Assembly: GCA_014654455.1 (NCBI GenBank)
Contig: JACWCY010000003.1
Span: 27,279 to 91,278 of the forward strand
DNA from: Pelagibacterales bacterium SAG-MED01
GTDB lineage: Bacteria; Pseudomonadota; Alphaproteobacteria; Pelagibacterales; Pelagibacteraceae
Direction: 5' to 3'
Length of the DNA stretch: 64,000 nucleotides
Part shown: positions 26,925-37,903 of the stretch, one piece after another
Position numbering within the stretch: the stretch's first letter is position 1
How the letters are laid out: each line of letters opens with the position of its first letter
Program-made: the position numbers and the translations under genes
Notes under the pieces: model-generated
What the model was told of the DNA's origin: nothing
The model's input: only the letters and a program-made list of their open reading frames with translations
The model's database searches: none

Positions 26925-27482
26925 TTAAAGTAAAGAATATGGTTTTCTAGAAAATATTCTTTTAACCATAGGGGCAAATTTATCTAAATCCATACTTTTG
27001 TAATTTGGATCAAATGAGGCTTGATCCCATTTTTCACAGAAGTTAATTGCATCATTAAAATATTCGTGGTCTTTGTATTTATCTCTTTGATTTTTTTTTT
27101 TTCCTAAATGATGAGCGTAATAATACATTTGAAACTCTCCATGTTTTTTAATAATCCAATGGGTCTTTTTGGTAACATATGGTTTAAGAACTGCTGCTGC
27201 GTACTCAGAATGGTTCAAGGGAGCTAATTCGTCACCAATATCATGTAACAAAGCAGCAACCACCATTTCTTCATCTGCTTTATCATTAAATGCTCTTGTC
27301 GCAGTTTGAAGTGAATGTTCTAGTCTTGTAATTTTATATCCCTCTAAAGTTGAAGTAAGACCTTTCATAAATTTTAATATTCTATCAGCAGTTCCATTAA
27401 TATAGTCTTGCTCATACTCATCTAGTAAAAGATATTCTTCTTTGGTTCCTGCTTTCATTTCTGTAAAGTTTACAGTCTTCAT
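26925..27482 (-). CDS. HD-domain metalloprotein (PhnZ/TmpB/MIOX-like diiron group)
   Basis: EHSLQTA, ALLHDIG, NHSE, KHGEF and WDQ provide H-HD-H-H-D ligands. Confidence 0.75.
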   Translation of the reverse strand: MKTVNFTEMKAGTKEEYLLLDEYEQDYINGTADRILKFMKGLTSTLEGYKITRLEHSLQTATRAFNDKADEEMVVAALLHDIGDELAPLNHSEYAAAVLKPYVTKKTHWIIKKHGEFQMYYYAHHLGKKKNQRDKYKDHEYFNDAINFCEKWDQASFDPNYKSMDLDKFAPMVKRIFSRKPYSLL

Positions 27483-28964
27483 CTAATTATTTGATGCAGT
27501 GCTTAGTAAAGATAATTGGGTAACTTTATTATCACCAAGTTCATCGATGGGTTTAACAGGATAATCTCCAGTGAAGTAATGATCTGTCAATTGAGGGTAG
27601 CTATCATTTCTTTGATCAAAACCTATTGCTTTATACATTCCATTTATGGATAAAAATTTTAAAGATTTGGCACCAATATATTCACATATTTCTTCATTAG
27701 TTTTATTAGCTGCAAGTAGTTCTTTTTTAGTTGGAGTGTCTACCCCATAGAAATCAGGATATTTTATTTCAGGACAGGCAATTTTGACATGCACTTCTTT
27801 AGCACCAGCATCATATAACATCTTTACGATTTTATGAGAAGTGGTACCTCTTACCAGAGAGTCATCAACTAAAATTATTTTTTTATTTTTAATTGCAGAT
27901 TGATTGGCATTTAATTTTAGTTTAACACCTAAACTTCTAATTTTTTGACTAGGTTCAATAAATGTTCTACCAACATAATGATTTCGAACAAGTCCTAACT
28001 CAAAATTTTTACCAAGATATTGTGCAAAACCTAAAGCAGCTGCGTTACCAGAGTCTGGTACTGGAACAACAATATCTGCATCTACATCATTTTCTTTAGC
28101 AAGTTCTGCACCTAGACTCTTTCGATGTTCATAGGCAGTTTTACCATTTAAAATACTATCTGGTCTTGCAAAATAGATATATTCAAAAACACAAGGTCTA
28201 ACTTTTTTTGGTGGAAAAGGTTTAATACTTTGTAGTTTATTATTTTCAATTAATACAATCTCACCATTCTCAACTTCCCGAATAAATTTTGCACCAATTA
28301 TATCTAAAGCACATGTTTCAGATGATAAAACATAACTATCTTTTAATTTTCCTATGACCAAAGGTCTAATACCGAAAGGATCTCTCACACCTATCAAAGA
28401 TGTTTGAGTAAGCATTACTAAAGCATAACCACCTTGTATTTGAAAAATAGCATCTAAGATTTTGTCTATTGTTTTAACTCTTTTTGATTTTGCAATTAAT
28501 TGAACAATAGTTTCTGTATCAGAGGTAGTGTAAAATATTGCACCATCTTTAACTAATCTGTTTCTTAAAAAAATTGAATTTGTTAAGTTTCCATTGTGAG
28601 CTACACCAATACCCCCAGCATTTGTATCAGCAAAAAAAGGTTGAATATTTCTTAAAGTGTTTTCTCCACTAGTACTATATCGATTGTGTCCTATAGCGTA
28701 GTCTCCTTGAAGTTTTTTGAGTACTTTTTCTTTATTAAAATTATCTCCAACTAATCCAAATCTTTTTTCAGAAAAATATTGTTTTCCATTAAAAGAAACA
28801 ATACCACAACCTTCTTGGCCTCTGTGTTGAAGAGCATGGAGACCAAGTGCTGTTAACGCTGAAGCATCTTTAGTATTGCTTATACCAAATATACCGCATT
28901 CTTCCTTTAATTTAGGATTAAAGCTCTTCAATTTTTTCTTTTGATTCTTGATATTTTTTTTCAT
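27483..28964 (-). CDS. purF: Amidophosphoribosyltransferase
   Basis: EECGIFG, LQHRGQE, GHNRYST, VDDSLVRGTT. The true start may be TTG 28931. Confidence 0.97.
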   Translation of the reverse strand: MKKNIKNQKKKLKSFNPKLKEECGIFGISNTKDASALTALGLHALQHRGQEGCGIVSFNGKQYFSEKRFGLVGDNFNKEKVLKKLQGDYAIGHNRYSTSGENTLRNIQPFFADTNAGGIGVAHNGNLTNSIFLRNRLVKDGAIFYTTSDTETIVQLIAKSKRVKTIDKILDAIFQIQGGYALVMLTQTSLIGVRDPFGIRPLVIGKLKDSYVLSSETCALDIIGAKFIREVENGEIVLIENNKLQSIKPFPPKKVRPCVFEYIYFARPDSILNGKTAYEHRKSLGAELAKENDVDADIVVPVPDSGNAAALGFAQYLGKNFELGLVRNHYVGRTFIEPSQKIRSLGVKLKLNANQSAIKNKKIILVDDSLVRGTTSHKIVKMLYDAGAKEVHVKIACPEIKYPDFYGVDTPTKKELLAANKTNEEICEYIGAKSLKFLSINGMYKAIGFDQRNDSYPQLTDHYFTGDYPVKPIDELGDNKVTQLSLLSTASNN

Positions 28965-29463
28965 TAGGAAACTCTTTTAATAAGTAATTACTACCTTTTT
29001 CTAAATATGGAAAGATGAATGATTTGTTAATATTTGTTGGCCATTTGTCATAGTTATAGACTATATGTACACCTGAAAAGATACATATAGATATAATATA
29101 GGCCCTAATAAATCCAAAAAAGAATCCAAATATAGTATCTAAACTTCCAATTCCTGTATATCTAATAGCTTTACTCAATCCTTTGTTAATCATTAATACA
29201 AGAAATATCACAATGATGAATATCGAAATTCCAAGACAAATGTCGAGAACATAATCATTATCTATAATATCTTTAAAATAAGGTTTTATTCTAGGAAAGA
29301 TTAACAAAGTTAATACATAGGCCAATAACCACTTAGCCATTGATAAAATACTTAAAACAAATCCTTTTTTGTAGCATTTAACTAATGAAAGAATAGTAAT
29401 TACTAAATAAATAATATCAATTAATGAAGTAGCGTTATAAAAATTTGTTACTAAATCGAACAT
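28918..29463 (-). CDS. cvpA: CvpA (colicin V production) family membrane protein
   Basis: KGFVLSILS, LDTIFGFFFGFIRA; usual position upstream of purF. Confidence 0.85.
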   Translation of the reverse strand: MFDLVTNFYNATSLIDIIYLVITILSLVKCYKKGFVLSILSMAKWLLAYVLTLLIFPRIKPYFKDIIDNDYVLDICLGISIFIIVIFLVLMINKGLSKAIRYTGIGSLDTIFGFFFGFIRAYIISICIFSGVHIVYNYDKWPTNINKSFIFPYLEKGSNYLLKEFPNEKKYQESKEKIEEL

Positions 29464-29467
29464 TTAG

Positions 29468-31855
29468 TTATTTTTTAAATGGTTTAATTAATAATATTAA
29501 AGATGGAAGTAAAGTTAGCACAGAAATCATTGCTAACAACATTGCTAGTCCAGTAAAAATTCCAAAATAAATTGTAGGAATAAATTTAGATAAAACTAAT
29601 ATTGAAAAACCAAATACAATTGTAATTGAGGTATTTAAAATTGCCTTACCTACTGTTGAATGACATACGATGATAGTTTTATGGTAATCATTAGAATTAT
29701 TAAACTCCTCTTTAAATCTATAAATATAGTGAATGCTATTATCAACAGCTATTCCAATCGTAATTGCAGCAATAGTAATTGTCATCATATCCAATGGGAT
29801 ACCAAGCAATCCAATAATTCCTAAGATAAAAAAAGCAGCAATAAAATTTGGAACCACACCAATAATAGATAATTTGATATTTTTAAAAAGTATTATAAAC
29901 ATTGAAAATATACCAATCATTACTAAACCTAAAGTAAGAATTTGCGATTTAAAAAGACTTTGAAGTAAGTTATTAAATAAAATTAAAACACCAGCTAATT
30001 TAAATTCATTTTCTTTTAAACCTACTTTATTTTTTAAGTCATATTTAATTTTTTTAATCAATTCATTTCTTCTTAAATTTTCTTGTGAGTCAATTATTCG
30101 AAGATTTATTCGCGCTTCGTTATCTTTAATTGAGATGTATGGGTCGATTATTTCTGTTTTAATACTTTCAGGTATTTTAGAGTACAGAACACCCATTTCC
30201 AAAGAACCTAATGGTTTATTATTATTCAACAAAGTCGCAACCTCGATTATTGATGAAAATGATAAAACTTTCCCAACCTGAGGTAAACTATCTAGATAGT
30301 TGTGTACTGACGAAATTTTATCAATTTTATCTTTTGTGAACCAGTATTTATCATCATTTTGATTCTCTTCATCTCCCCAATCTTCAAATTCATCTTCATC
30401 ATCAGCTTGTTTGTCTTCTTTTTTTGGAAATTTTAAAATAACCTCAAGAGGTGTTGTTCCTCCTAATTCTTCATCTATTAGTTTCATTCCTTTATAAATT
30501 TCAGTTTTTTTACTGAAATAATTTATAAAGCTATTTTCTACTTCAAGTCGACTAATACCAATGAAACTTAATATTATAACTATACCTGTTATAGTAAAAA
30601 TTATTTTATTATTATTTTGAGATATTTTTGCCAAAAAAGATGTTATTTTAGAGTTTTCATTTTTATTTAATGCAATATTGTCTTCTTGTACAAAATTGAT
30701 TAGGGTTGGTAGTAGAGTAAAAGTTATTACAAAAGAAGTTATCAATCCTAAAGTCATCATCCATCCAAAATCTATAATTGGTTTTATTTCGCTAAAAATT
30801 AAAGATAAAAACGCTATGATCGTTGTCAAAACAGTATACAAAATTGGCCAAAACATTTTATTTGTAGTCAAAATAATTAACTCTAAAATACTTTTATTAG
30901 GGAAATTTTCTTTAAGTTGTAAAAATCTAGTACTCATATGAATATTCATTGCCATAGTTAAAATAAGCATGAGTGCAATAAAGTTTGAGGAGATGACTGT
31001 TACTTTCCATCCTAACAGTCCAAGAACACCCATCATGATTATCACTGAAAAAAAACAACTACTGATAGGAACTATAATCCATATCAACTTTCTAAATACA
31101 AACCATAATGTTGCAATAATAAATAACAAAACTCCTATACCAAAAACAATAATATCACTTTTAATAAATGACATCATGTCATCTGCAATCATAGGTATCC
31201 CACCAAGGTGTATTTTTCCAACGTTGTCGTAACTTTCAATAACATCCCTAATTTCAAGAATATTTTGATGATTTTGTTTTTTGACTAGATCTTTGTAATT
31301 TTCAATTTCTTTTTTTGACTTATTTGCAAAATCTTTTAACTTTTCATTTTTTTTGATATTAACAATTATACCACTTGTTTTTCCATCCTCACTAATTACA
31401 AAATTTCTAAATACTGGACTGCTAACAATTTCTTCAAAACCTCTTTCTCGATCAATATCCTCATCTTTAAGGGTTTTAAAGTTTTTAAGACGCTCTTGAA
31501 GTGGTGCATCGGAACTATTTAATAAAGGAATGTCTAAAAGTGTAATTACACTATGAACCCAGCTTAAACTTTGAATTTTATATTTAAGGCTCAAAAGATT
31601 ATTAATAGAATTATCAGTGACCATTCCTTCATTCGGAGTGTAAGTTAAAATCAGGAATTCTTTAGAGCCGTATCGTTTGGATATTTCTTGAAGATATTTA
31701 AGATCAGGATCACCTTCTATTAACAAAGTTTCTGATGAAGCGTCTAATCTAAAATCTTTTGAATGATAACTAAAGCTTAATAAAACAATAACCAAAAGTA
31801 TAAAAATTGATTTTGGATTTTTGAGTATTATATTTTGATAAAATTGGGCAAACAT
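29468..31855 (-). CDS. MMPL/RND-family transporter
   Basis: Two TM/periplasmic halves; LDASSE, GIAVDNSIH..RF, GFSILVLS. Confidence 0.85.
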   Translation of the reverse strand: MFAQFYQNIILKNPKSIFILLVIVLLSFSYHSKDFRLDASSETLLIEGDPDLKYLQEISKRYGSKEFLILTYTPNEGMVTDNSINNLLSLKYKIQSLSWVHSVITLLDIPLLNSSDAPLQERLKNFKTLKDEDIDRERGFEEIVSSPVFRNFVISEDGKTSGIIVNIKKNEKLKDFANKSKKEIENYKDLVKKQNHQNILEIRDVIESYDNVGKIHLGGIPMIADDMMSFIKSDIIVFGIGVLLFIIATLWFVFRKLIWIIVPISSCFFSVIIMMGVLGLLGWKVTVISSNFIALMLILTMAMNIHMSTRFLQLKENFPNKSILELIILTTNKMFWPILYTVLTTIIAFLSLIFSEIKPIIDFGWMMTLGLITSFVITFTLLPTLINFVQEDNIALNKNENSKITSFLAKISQNNNKIIFTITGIVIILSFIGISRLEVENSFINYFSKKTEIYKGMKLIDEELGGTTPLEVILKFPKKEDKQADDEDEFEDWGDEENQNDDKYWFTKDKIDKISSVHNYLDSLPQVGKVLSFSSIIEVATLLNNNKPLGSLEMGVLYSKIPESIKTEIIDPYISIKDNEARINLRIIDSQENLRRNELIKKIKYDLKNKVGLKENEFKLAGVLILFNNLLQSLFKSQILTLGLVMIGIFSMFIILFKNIKLSIIGVVPNFIAAFFILGIIGLLGIPLDMMTITIAAITIGIAVDNSIHYIYRFKEEFNNSNDYHKTIIVCHSTVGKAILNTSITIVFGFSILVLSKFIPTIYFGIFTGLAMLLAMISVLTLLPSLILLIKPFKK

Positions 31856-31877
31856 TTAAACTCTTTTATATGGGAAT

Positions 31878-33296
31878 TTAGCTGTTTTGAGTATCCTTAA
31901 ATTTAGTAAACATTGCTTCAAATTCTAGCATCACATTTCCAGTTGGACCGTGCCTTTGTTTACCAATAATTATTTCAGCTAAATTGGAAACTTCATTCAT
32001 TTTAGCTTGCCATTCAGCATGCTCTACTGTTGCAGGTCTTGGTTCAAGTCTCTCCAAATAATAAGCTTCTCTATAAACAAACATAACTACGTCGGCATCT
32101 TGTTCTATTGATCCCGACTCTCTTAAATCAGATAACTGGGGTTTTTTTTGATCTCTTTGTTCAACTGCTCTTGATAATTGTGAGAGAGCAACAACAGGTA
32201 CAGATAATTCTTTAGCAACAGCTTTTAAACCTTGAGTTATTTCAGAAATTTCCTGAACTCTGCCATCTTTATTGTTGAATGTTCCTTTCATTAATTGAAT
32301 ATAATCAACAACAATCATATCAAGTCCAAACAATCTTTTAATACGTCTTGCTCTATTACTTAAAGCAGCAATACTTATTGCTGGTGTTTCATCTATATAT
32401 AATGGAAGTTCAGATATATTTTTTGATGTTTCTATAAATTTATCAAATTGTTCATCAGAAATTTTTCCACGTCTTATGTCATTAGATTTAATTCTTGACT
32501 GCTCTGCTAAAATTCTTGTTGACAACTGTTCAGATGACATCTCTAATGAAAAAAAAGCTATAGAAGATTTTTTACTATTATCTTGCAATTTTTGAGCAGC
32601 ATTAAAGGCTATATTAGTAGCTAAAGCAGTTTTACCCATTGAAGGACGACCGGCAATAATTATTAAATCAGATTGATGAAGTCCACCAAGTCTATCGTCT
32701 AAGTCTCTTAATCCTGTTGGGACTCCTACTATTCCTTCGTCATTTTTGTAAGCCGCTGATGCCATTTCTATAGTTTGTTTCATAGCATCGTCAAATTTGA
32801 TTAATGAGGAATTAAATGATCCTTTTTCTGCAAGATCAAATAGTAATCTTTCAGAATTTTCAATAATATTTTGACCATTAGTATTTAGATCATTTAATTT
32901 TGCTGTGTCTATTGTTTGTTCAGAAATTTTTATAAGCTCTCGTCTTACAAACATATCATATATAATTCTAGAGTACTCCTTTGCTTGTCTTGTTGAAGTA
33001 GAAAATTTTGTAATCTTGACTAGATATTCTGGAACATTCAAATCATCTTTTTCATCTTCAAAATAATTTTTTAATGTAATAGGATTTGCAAGCAAACCTT
33101 TATATATTAAACTTTCGATTGCACTAAATATTTTTTGATGCATAGGGTCATAAAAGTTAACATTAGATATAATAGTATTTATCTCATCAAAAATTTCATT
33201 AGTGACTAATATTGAACCGATTACAGATTGTTCCGCTTCTATGTTATTAGGAAGTTCTTTAAATTTTTCCTTTACAATACTTAGATTGTTTTCCAT
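31878..33296 (-). CDS. dnaB: Replicative DNA helicase
   Basis: EAEQSVIG, AGRPSMGKT, DYIQL, LSQLSR, LRESGSIEQDAD. No intein. Confidence 0.98.
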   Translation of the reverse strand: MENNLSIVKEKFKELPNNIEAEQSVIGSILVTNEIFDEINTIISNVNFYDPMHQKIFSAIESLIYKGLLANPITLKNYFEDEKDDLNVPEYLVKITKFSTSTRQAKEYSRIIYDMFVRRELIKISEQTIDTAKLNDLNTNGQNIIENSERLLFDLAEKGSFNSSLIKFDDAMKQTIEMASAAYKNDEGIVGVPTGLRDLDDRLGGLHQSDLIIIAGRPSMGKTALATNIAFNAAQKLQDNSKKSSIAFFSLEMSSEQLSTRILAEQSRIKSNDIRRGKISDEQFDKFIETSKNISELPLYIDETPAISIAALSNRARRIKRLFGLDMIVVDYIQLMKGTFNNKDGRVQEISEITQGLKAVAKELSVPVVALSQLSRAVEQRDQKKPQLSDLRESGSIEQDADVVMFVYREAYYLERLEPRPATVEHAEWQAKMNEVSNLAEIIIGKQRHGPTGNVMLEFEAMFTKFKDTQNS

Positions 33297-33363
33297 TTTT
33301 AAACTTTACAATACAATTAACTTTAAAAAATTTAAAAAAAAGGCTGGGGAAAAAATTGTATAA

Positions 33364-33822
33364 TTATTGAATAGTTTCTTCAGAGTTAACAACAATTGTA
33401 ATTTCAGCATCAACTTCTGAGTGTAAAGAAATTTTTACTTTAAAATTACCTATGGCTTTAATTTCTTTAATAGGTTGTATCATAGATGGTTTTACTTCTA
33501 ATTTATCTATTGCTTGAATCAATTTTGAAATTTCAGTTGGCTTTACTGAACCATACAACTCATCATTTTCTGTACTAAGTTTTTTAATTTTATATTCTTT
33601 ATTATTAATTTGATCATAAATTTTTTTGGCCTGTAATTTTTTTTCGTTATCTTTTTTTGATAAAGTAGATTTTAATTTTTCGACTTCAGCTATGTTTTCT
33701 TTTGAAGCATACAATGCTTTTTTATTAGCTATTAAAAAGTTTCTTGCAAAACCTCTTTTAACATCAATTATCTCACCAATTGAACCTATCCTTTTTAAAT
33801 TTTCTAATAAAATAACTTTCAT
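33364..33822 (-). CDS. rplI: 50S ribosomal protein L9
   Basis: MKVILLE, VKRGFARNFLI, LYGSV. Confidence 0.97.
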   Translation of the reverse strand: MKVILLENLKRIGSIGEIIDVKRGFARNFLIANKKALYASKENIAEVEKLKSTLSKKDNEKKLQAKKIYDQINNKEYKIKKLSTENDELYGSVKPTEISKLIQAIDKLEVKPSMIQPIKEIKAIGNFKVKISLHSEVDAEITIVVNSEETIQ

Positions 33823-33823
33823 T

Positions 33824-34096
33824 TTATATTAGCGCTAAATTTCGAGCTCTTTTAATTGATAATGACAATTCTCTTTGTTTTTTTTGACTTACATTAGTAA
33901 TTCTTGACGGTAATATTTTACCGTTTTCTGACATATACTTTTTTAAAAGTTTAATATTTTTATAGTCAATTTTTGGCGCTCCTTTAATTGAAAGTGGGCA
34001 ACTTTTTTTAAACTTATATTTATTTGGTTGAAAAATACTTAGTTTAGCGAAATTGCTTTGTTTTGATCTCTTATTTCCACTTTGTCTTTTAGGCAT
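33824..34096 (-). CDS. rpsR: 30S ribosomal protein S18
   Basis: [18 protein letters not shown]....IKRAR. Confidence 0.97.
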   Translation of the reverse strand: MPKRQSGNKRSKQSNFAKLSIFQPNKYKFKKSCPLSIKGAPKIDYKNIKLLKKYMSENGKILPSRITNVSQKKQRELSLSIKRARNLALI

Positions 34097-34098
34097 AA

Positions 34099-34452
34099 TT
34101 AATTTTTATTAATTTCTTTTTTATCATTTACATCTTTTTTAGAAAAGTAGTTTATATCAAGATCAAATTTTTTTACTTTTACAGTTAAATATCTCAATAG
34201 TTTCTTATCCAAGGATTCATTTTTCTCTAATTCACTAATTACGTTGCCCTTACCTTTTATCTTTAAATGAATATAACTTCCTTTTCTATTTTTTTTAATT
34301 AAATAAGATAAGTGTAGTAGTCCCCAGTTTTCTGTTTTAACAACTTCACCATCATTTTTTTCGACAATTTTTGAATACTTTTCAATTAATTGTTTAATTT
34401 CGCTAGGTGAAGCATCTTGCCTTGCTATAATTGTGTGTTCGTATAAATTCAT
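34099..34452 (-). CDS. rpsF: 30S ribosomal protein S6
   Basis: YEHTII, ENWG...L.Y.IKK, LLRYL. Confidence 0.95.
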   Translation of the reverse strand: MNLYEHTIIARQDASPSEIKQLIEKYSKIVEKNDGEVVKTENWGLLHLSYLIKKNRKGSYIHLKIKGKGNVISELEKNESLDKKLLRYLTVKVKKFDLDINYFSKKDVNDKKEINKN

Positions 34453-34538
34453 TTAAGTTCTTTAATAAAAAGTGTGGATATACTATTATAAATCCTTAAA
34501 TACAATAGTAAAAAGGACATAAAATAATAATTTTTTAG

Positions 34539-35465
34539 ATGTTTTCAGTAATTTTTCCAGGTCAAGGTTCTCAAATAGTGGGTATGGGAAAAGAGTTTTT
34601 TGACAAATTTGAGTTTGTAAAAAAATTATTTAAAGAAGCCGATGAAACGCTCAAGTTTCCTTTATCTAAGCTAATATTAGAAGGCCCAAAAGAAGAATTA
34701 GATCTGACAGCTAATACCCAGCCAGCGATATTTCTTGTTAGCTACTCAATTTTTAATGTTATTAAAAATGAATTTAATATAAACTTAAGTAAAGCAAAAT
34801 ATTTTGCAGGGCATTCTCTAGGAGAATATTCTGCATTATCATGTGCAGGATATCTTAGTTTTTTTGATACATTAAAAATTTTAAGAATTAGAGGTAGCGC
34901 AATGCAAAACTCCGTTCCAAAAGGCCAGGGTGGAATGATAGCTGTTTTAGGTTCAACAGTAGAGGTTATAGAAAAATTACTAAAAGAGAATGATCAAAAA
35001 TTTAAAGCTCAAATTGCAAATGATAATTCAGAGGGTCAAATAGTTTTGAGTGGAAAAGTAAAAGATCTAGATAATTTAATTTTGGTTTTGAAACAAAATT
35101 CAATAAAAAATATTAAATTACCTGTAAGTGCCCCATTTCATTGCAGTTTAATGACCAATGCAACAAAAATAATGTCTAGTGAAATAAAAAAATTAGATTT
35201 TGTAAAATCTGAAAATAAATTGATTTCAAATGTTACTGCAGAAGAAATTTCAAGTGTAGAAGAACTAAAAAATCTATTAATTGAACAAATTGAAAGTAGA
35301 GTAAGATGGAGAGAGAGTGTAATTAATATGATTAAAAATGATGTAAATCATTTTATTGAAATTGGCCCAGGAAAAGTTTTATCTGGGTTAGTAAAAAGAA
35401 TTAACAAAGAAGTAAAAATAGATACAATAAATAATCAAGAAGATATAGAAAATATAAAATTATGA
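34539..35465 (+). CDS. fabD: Malonyl-CoA:ACP transacylase
   Basis: FPGQGSQ, GHSLGEY, SAPFHC. Confidence 0.97.
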   Translation: MFSVIFPGQGSQIVGMGKEFFDKFEFVKKLFKEADETLKFPLSKLILEGPKEELDLTANTQPAIFLVSYSIFNVIKNEFNINLSKAKYFAGHSLGEYSALSCAGYLSFFDTLKILRIRGSAMQNSVPKGQGGMIAVLGSTVEVIEKLLKENDQKFKAQIANDNSEGQIVLSGKVKDLDNLILVLKQNSIKNIKLPVSAPFHCSLMTNATKIMSSEIKKLDFVKSENKLISNVTAEEISSVEELKNLLIEQIESRVRWRESVINMIKNDVNHFIEIGPGKVLSGLVKRINKEVKIDTINNQEDIENIKL

Positions 35466-36199
35466 ATGATTTAAAAGGTAAAAATATTTTAGTCACAGGT
35501 GCTTCAGGAGGAATAGGCAACGCTATAATTGAAAAGTTAAGTGAAACTGGAGCAAATATACTGGCTTCAGGTACAAAAATAGACAAATTAAAAGAACTTA
35601 AAAAAAATTTTGATAAAATTAAAATATTAAATTTTGACATTTCTCAAAGTAATAAAATTGAGGAATTTATAGAAAATGCTACTAAAGAATTAGGAGGTAA
35701 CTTAGATTGTACCATTAATAATGCTGGTATTACTCAAGACAATTTAGCTATTAGAATGAGTTTAGATGAGTGGCAAAAAGTTATTGATATAAATTTAACT
35801 TCTACTTTTTTAATAAGTAAATTTGCAATTAAAAAAATGCTTAAGAATAAATCAGGAAAAATTATAAATATTACTTCAGTAGTTGGACACACAGGTAATT
35901 TGGGGCAAGCAAATTATACAGCTTCGAAAGCTGGAATTATTGCAATGTCTAAAAGTCTTGCAATTGAGTATGCAAAAAAAAATATAAATGTTAATTGTAT
36001 TTCTCCAGGTTTCATCAAGACCACAATGACAGATAAAATAGACGATAAATTTAAAGAGGTTATTATATCAAAAATTCCATCTGGACGCCTTGGAGAGCCA
36101 AATGATATCGCAAATGCTGTCGTTTTTTTAAGCTCAGATCAATCAAACTATATAAATGGAGAAACCTTACATGTTAATGGAGGCATGTATATGGCTTGA
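35462..36199 (+). CDS. fabG: 3-oxoacyl-ACP reductase
   Basis: TGASGGIG, NNAGITQD, YTASK, ETLHVNGGM. Confidence 0.96.
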   Translation: MNDLKGKNILVTGASGGIGNAIIEKLSETGANILASGTKIDKLKELKKNFDKIKILNFDISQSNKIEEFIENATKELGGNLDCTINNAGITQDNLAIRMSLDEWQKVIDINLTSTFLISKFAIKKMLKNKSGKIINITSVVGHTGNLGQANYTASKAGIIAMSKSLAIEYAKKNINVNCISPGFIKTTMTDKIDDKFKEVIISKIPSGRLGEPNDIANAVVFLSSDQSNYINGETLHVNGGMYMA

Positions 36200-36245
36200 C
36201 AAAAAATGTTTTTAAACTATTAAGAATTTAAACAAAAGGATCAAT

Positions 36246-36485
36246 ATGTCAGAAGATGTTTCAAGCAAAGTAAAAAAAATAGTAGCAGATCACCTAGGGA
36301 TTGACGAAGCTAAAGTAACTGAAGAATCAAGCTTCATCGATGATTTAGGAGCAGATAGTTTAGATACAGTAGAATTAGTTATGGCTTTTGAAGAAGAATT
36401 TGGCTCAGAAATTTCGGATAGTGAAGCTGAAAAAATTCTAACTGTTGGTGATGCGGTTAAATTTATTGAAGGAAAAGCAAATTAA
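36246..36485 (+). CDS. acpP: Acyl carrier protein
   Basis: [12 protein letters not shown]. Confidence 0.98.
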   Translation: MSEDVSSKVKKIVADHLGIDEAKVTEESSFIDDLGADSLDTVELVMAFEEEFGSEISDSEAEKILTVGDAVKFIEGKAN

Positions 36486-36493
36486 TTAATTTG

Positions 36494-37126
36494 ATGCCCA
36501 CAGATAATGATGGGGTAATGATAGTTTTATCTTCTCCTTCAGGAGCTGGTAAGACAACTTTAGTAAGATTGTTATCCAACCTAGATAACTTTGAAGTTTC
36601 AACCTCACACACAACAAGACAGCCAAGACCAAATGAAATACCTAATAAAGATTATTATTTTGTTAATGAAAAAGAATTTCAAAGATTAATTAATAATCAA
36701 GAATTTTTAGAGTATGCAAAAGTCTTTAATAACTTTTATGGAACAACTAGAACACCTGTAATTGATAAATTAAATAAAGGTAGAAATATATTATTTGATA
36801 TTGATTGGCAGGGGGCAGATCAAATTAAGAATAAAAAACTTGATTATAAATTAGTTACTTTTTTTATTCTACCACCTAGCAAGGAAGTTTTATTTGAAAG
36901 ATTATCAAATAGAGACATGAAAGACAAATTGATTGCAGAAGAAAGAATGAAACAATTTAGTCACGATGTATTACATTGGATTAATTATGATTATGTAGTT
37001 GTAAATGAAAATTTAGAAGATTGTTATTCAAAGATTAATAATCTTATTCAAGCAGAAATAAACAATGGATCTAAAGATTATGATCCTGAATATATTAGAA
37101 AACACGTAGAAAAATTAACTTCTTAA
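36494..37126 (+). CDS. gmk: Guanylate kinase
   Basis: [27 protein letters not shown]. Start set at ATG 36494. Confidence 0.96.
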   Translation: MPTDNDGVMIVLSSPSGAGKTTLVRLLSNLDNFEVSTSHTTRQPRPNEIPNKDYYFVNEKEFQRLINNQEFLEYAKVFNNFYGTTRTPVIDKLNKGRNILFDIDWQGADQIKNKKLDYKLVTFFILPPSKEVLFERLSNRDMKDKLIAEERMKQFSHDVLHWINYDYVVVNENLEDCYSKINNLIQAEINNGSKDYDPEYIRKHVEKLTS

Positions 37127-37903
37127 TTTTTCATATTCATCAGTTAATTTATAATAAGTATCAAAATCTAAATTTTGGGGCCTTAAGTTTAAATCAATAT
37201 TAAGTTTATTTAAAATTTTAGTATTCCCAGGAAATATTTGATTAAAAGGTTTTTTTATCATTTTTCTACGATGGTTAAAAAAAATTCTAGTAATTTTTTC
37301 TAAATTATTTACATTTTTAAGTTGAAAAAATTTTTTTTTTGGAGAAAAAAATAAAAGAGAACTATCGATTTTAGGTTTTGGAGAAAAACTATTTGAATTT
37401 ATATCTATAATTTTTCTGATTTCTAATTTCCAATTAGCTAAAATTGTTAATCTGCCATAATTTGATGAATTGTATTTAGATATAATCCTCTCCGCAACTT
37501 CTTTTTGAAACATTAATATTAAATTACTAAACCATATTTTTTTATTATCTAAATTTAGAATCCATTTACATAAAATTTCTGTAGATATATTATATGGCAA
37601 ATTTCCAAAAACAATTAGTTGTTCGTCACAAAGAGAGTTTTCATTAAATTTTAAAATATCATTATTAATAATAGTAATTTTATTATTAAATTTTTTTTCT
37701 AATGATAATGAAAGTTCATTATCTTTTTCGATTACATAAAATTTTTTAGGTTTTTTTTTAAGCAAAGATGAAGTTAAATTTCCTGTGCCAGGCCCAACCT
37801 CAAGAATTGATTTATCTTTGATATCTAGAACATCAGTTATAGTATTAATAACATTCTCATCAATCAAAAAGTTTTGCCCTAAACTTTTTTTTGCTTTGAT
37901 CAT
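37115..37903 (-). CDS. rsmA: 16S rRNA m6(2)A dimethyltransferase
   Basis: [35 protein letters not shown]. Confidence 0.96.
   Translation of the reverse strand: MIKAKKSLGQNFLIDENVINTITDVLDIKDKSILEVGPGTGNLTSSLLKKKPKKFYVIEKDNELSLSLEKKFNNKITIINNDILKFNENSLCDEQLIVFGNLPYNISTEILCKWILNLDNKKIWFSNLILMFQKEVAERIISKYNSSNYGRLTILANWKLEIRKIIDINSNSFSPKPKIDSSLLFFSPKKKFFQLKNVNNLEKITRIFFNHRRKMIKKPFNQIFPGNTKILNKLNIDLNLRPQNLDFDTYYKLTDEYEKLRS

Noticed and set aside
28918-29463. cvpA as evidence of a bacteriocin system
   Set aside because: CvpA is a housekeeping membrane protein normally linked to purF; no colicin genes are present.
34473-34481. DnaA-box-like TGTGGATAT upstream of rpsF-rpsR-rplI-dnaB
   Set aside because: A single 8/9 match; a rough estimate gives about two such 8-mers by chance in this window.
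36196-36225. TTGACA upstream of acpP as a sigma70 promoter
   Set aside because: No convincing -10 box at 16-18 bp spacing.
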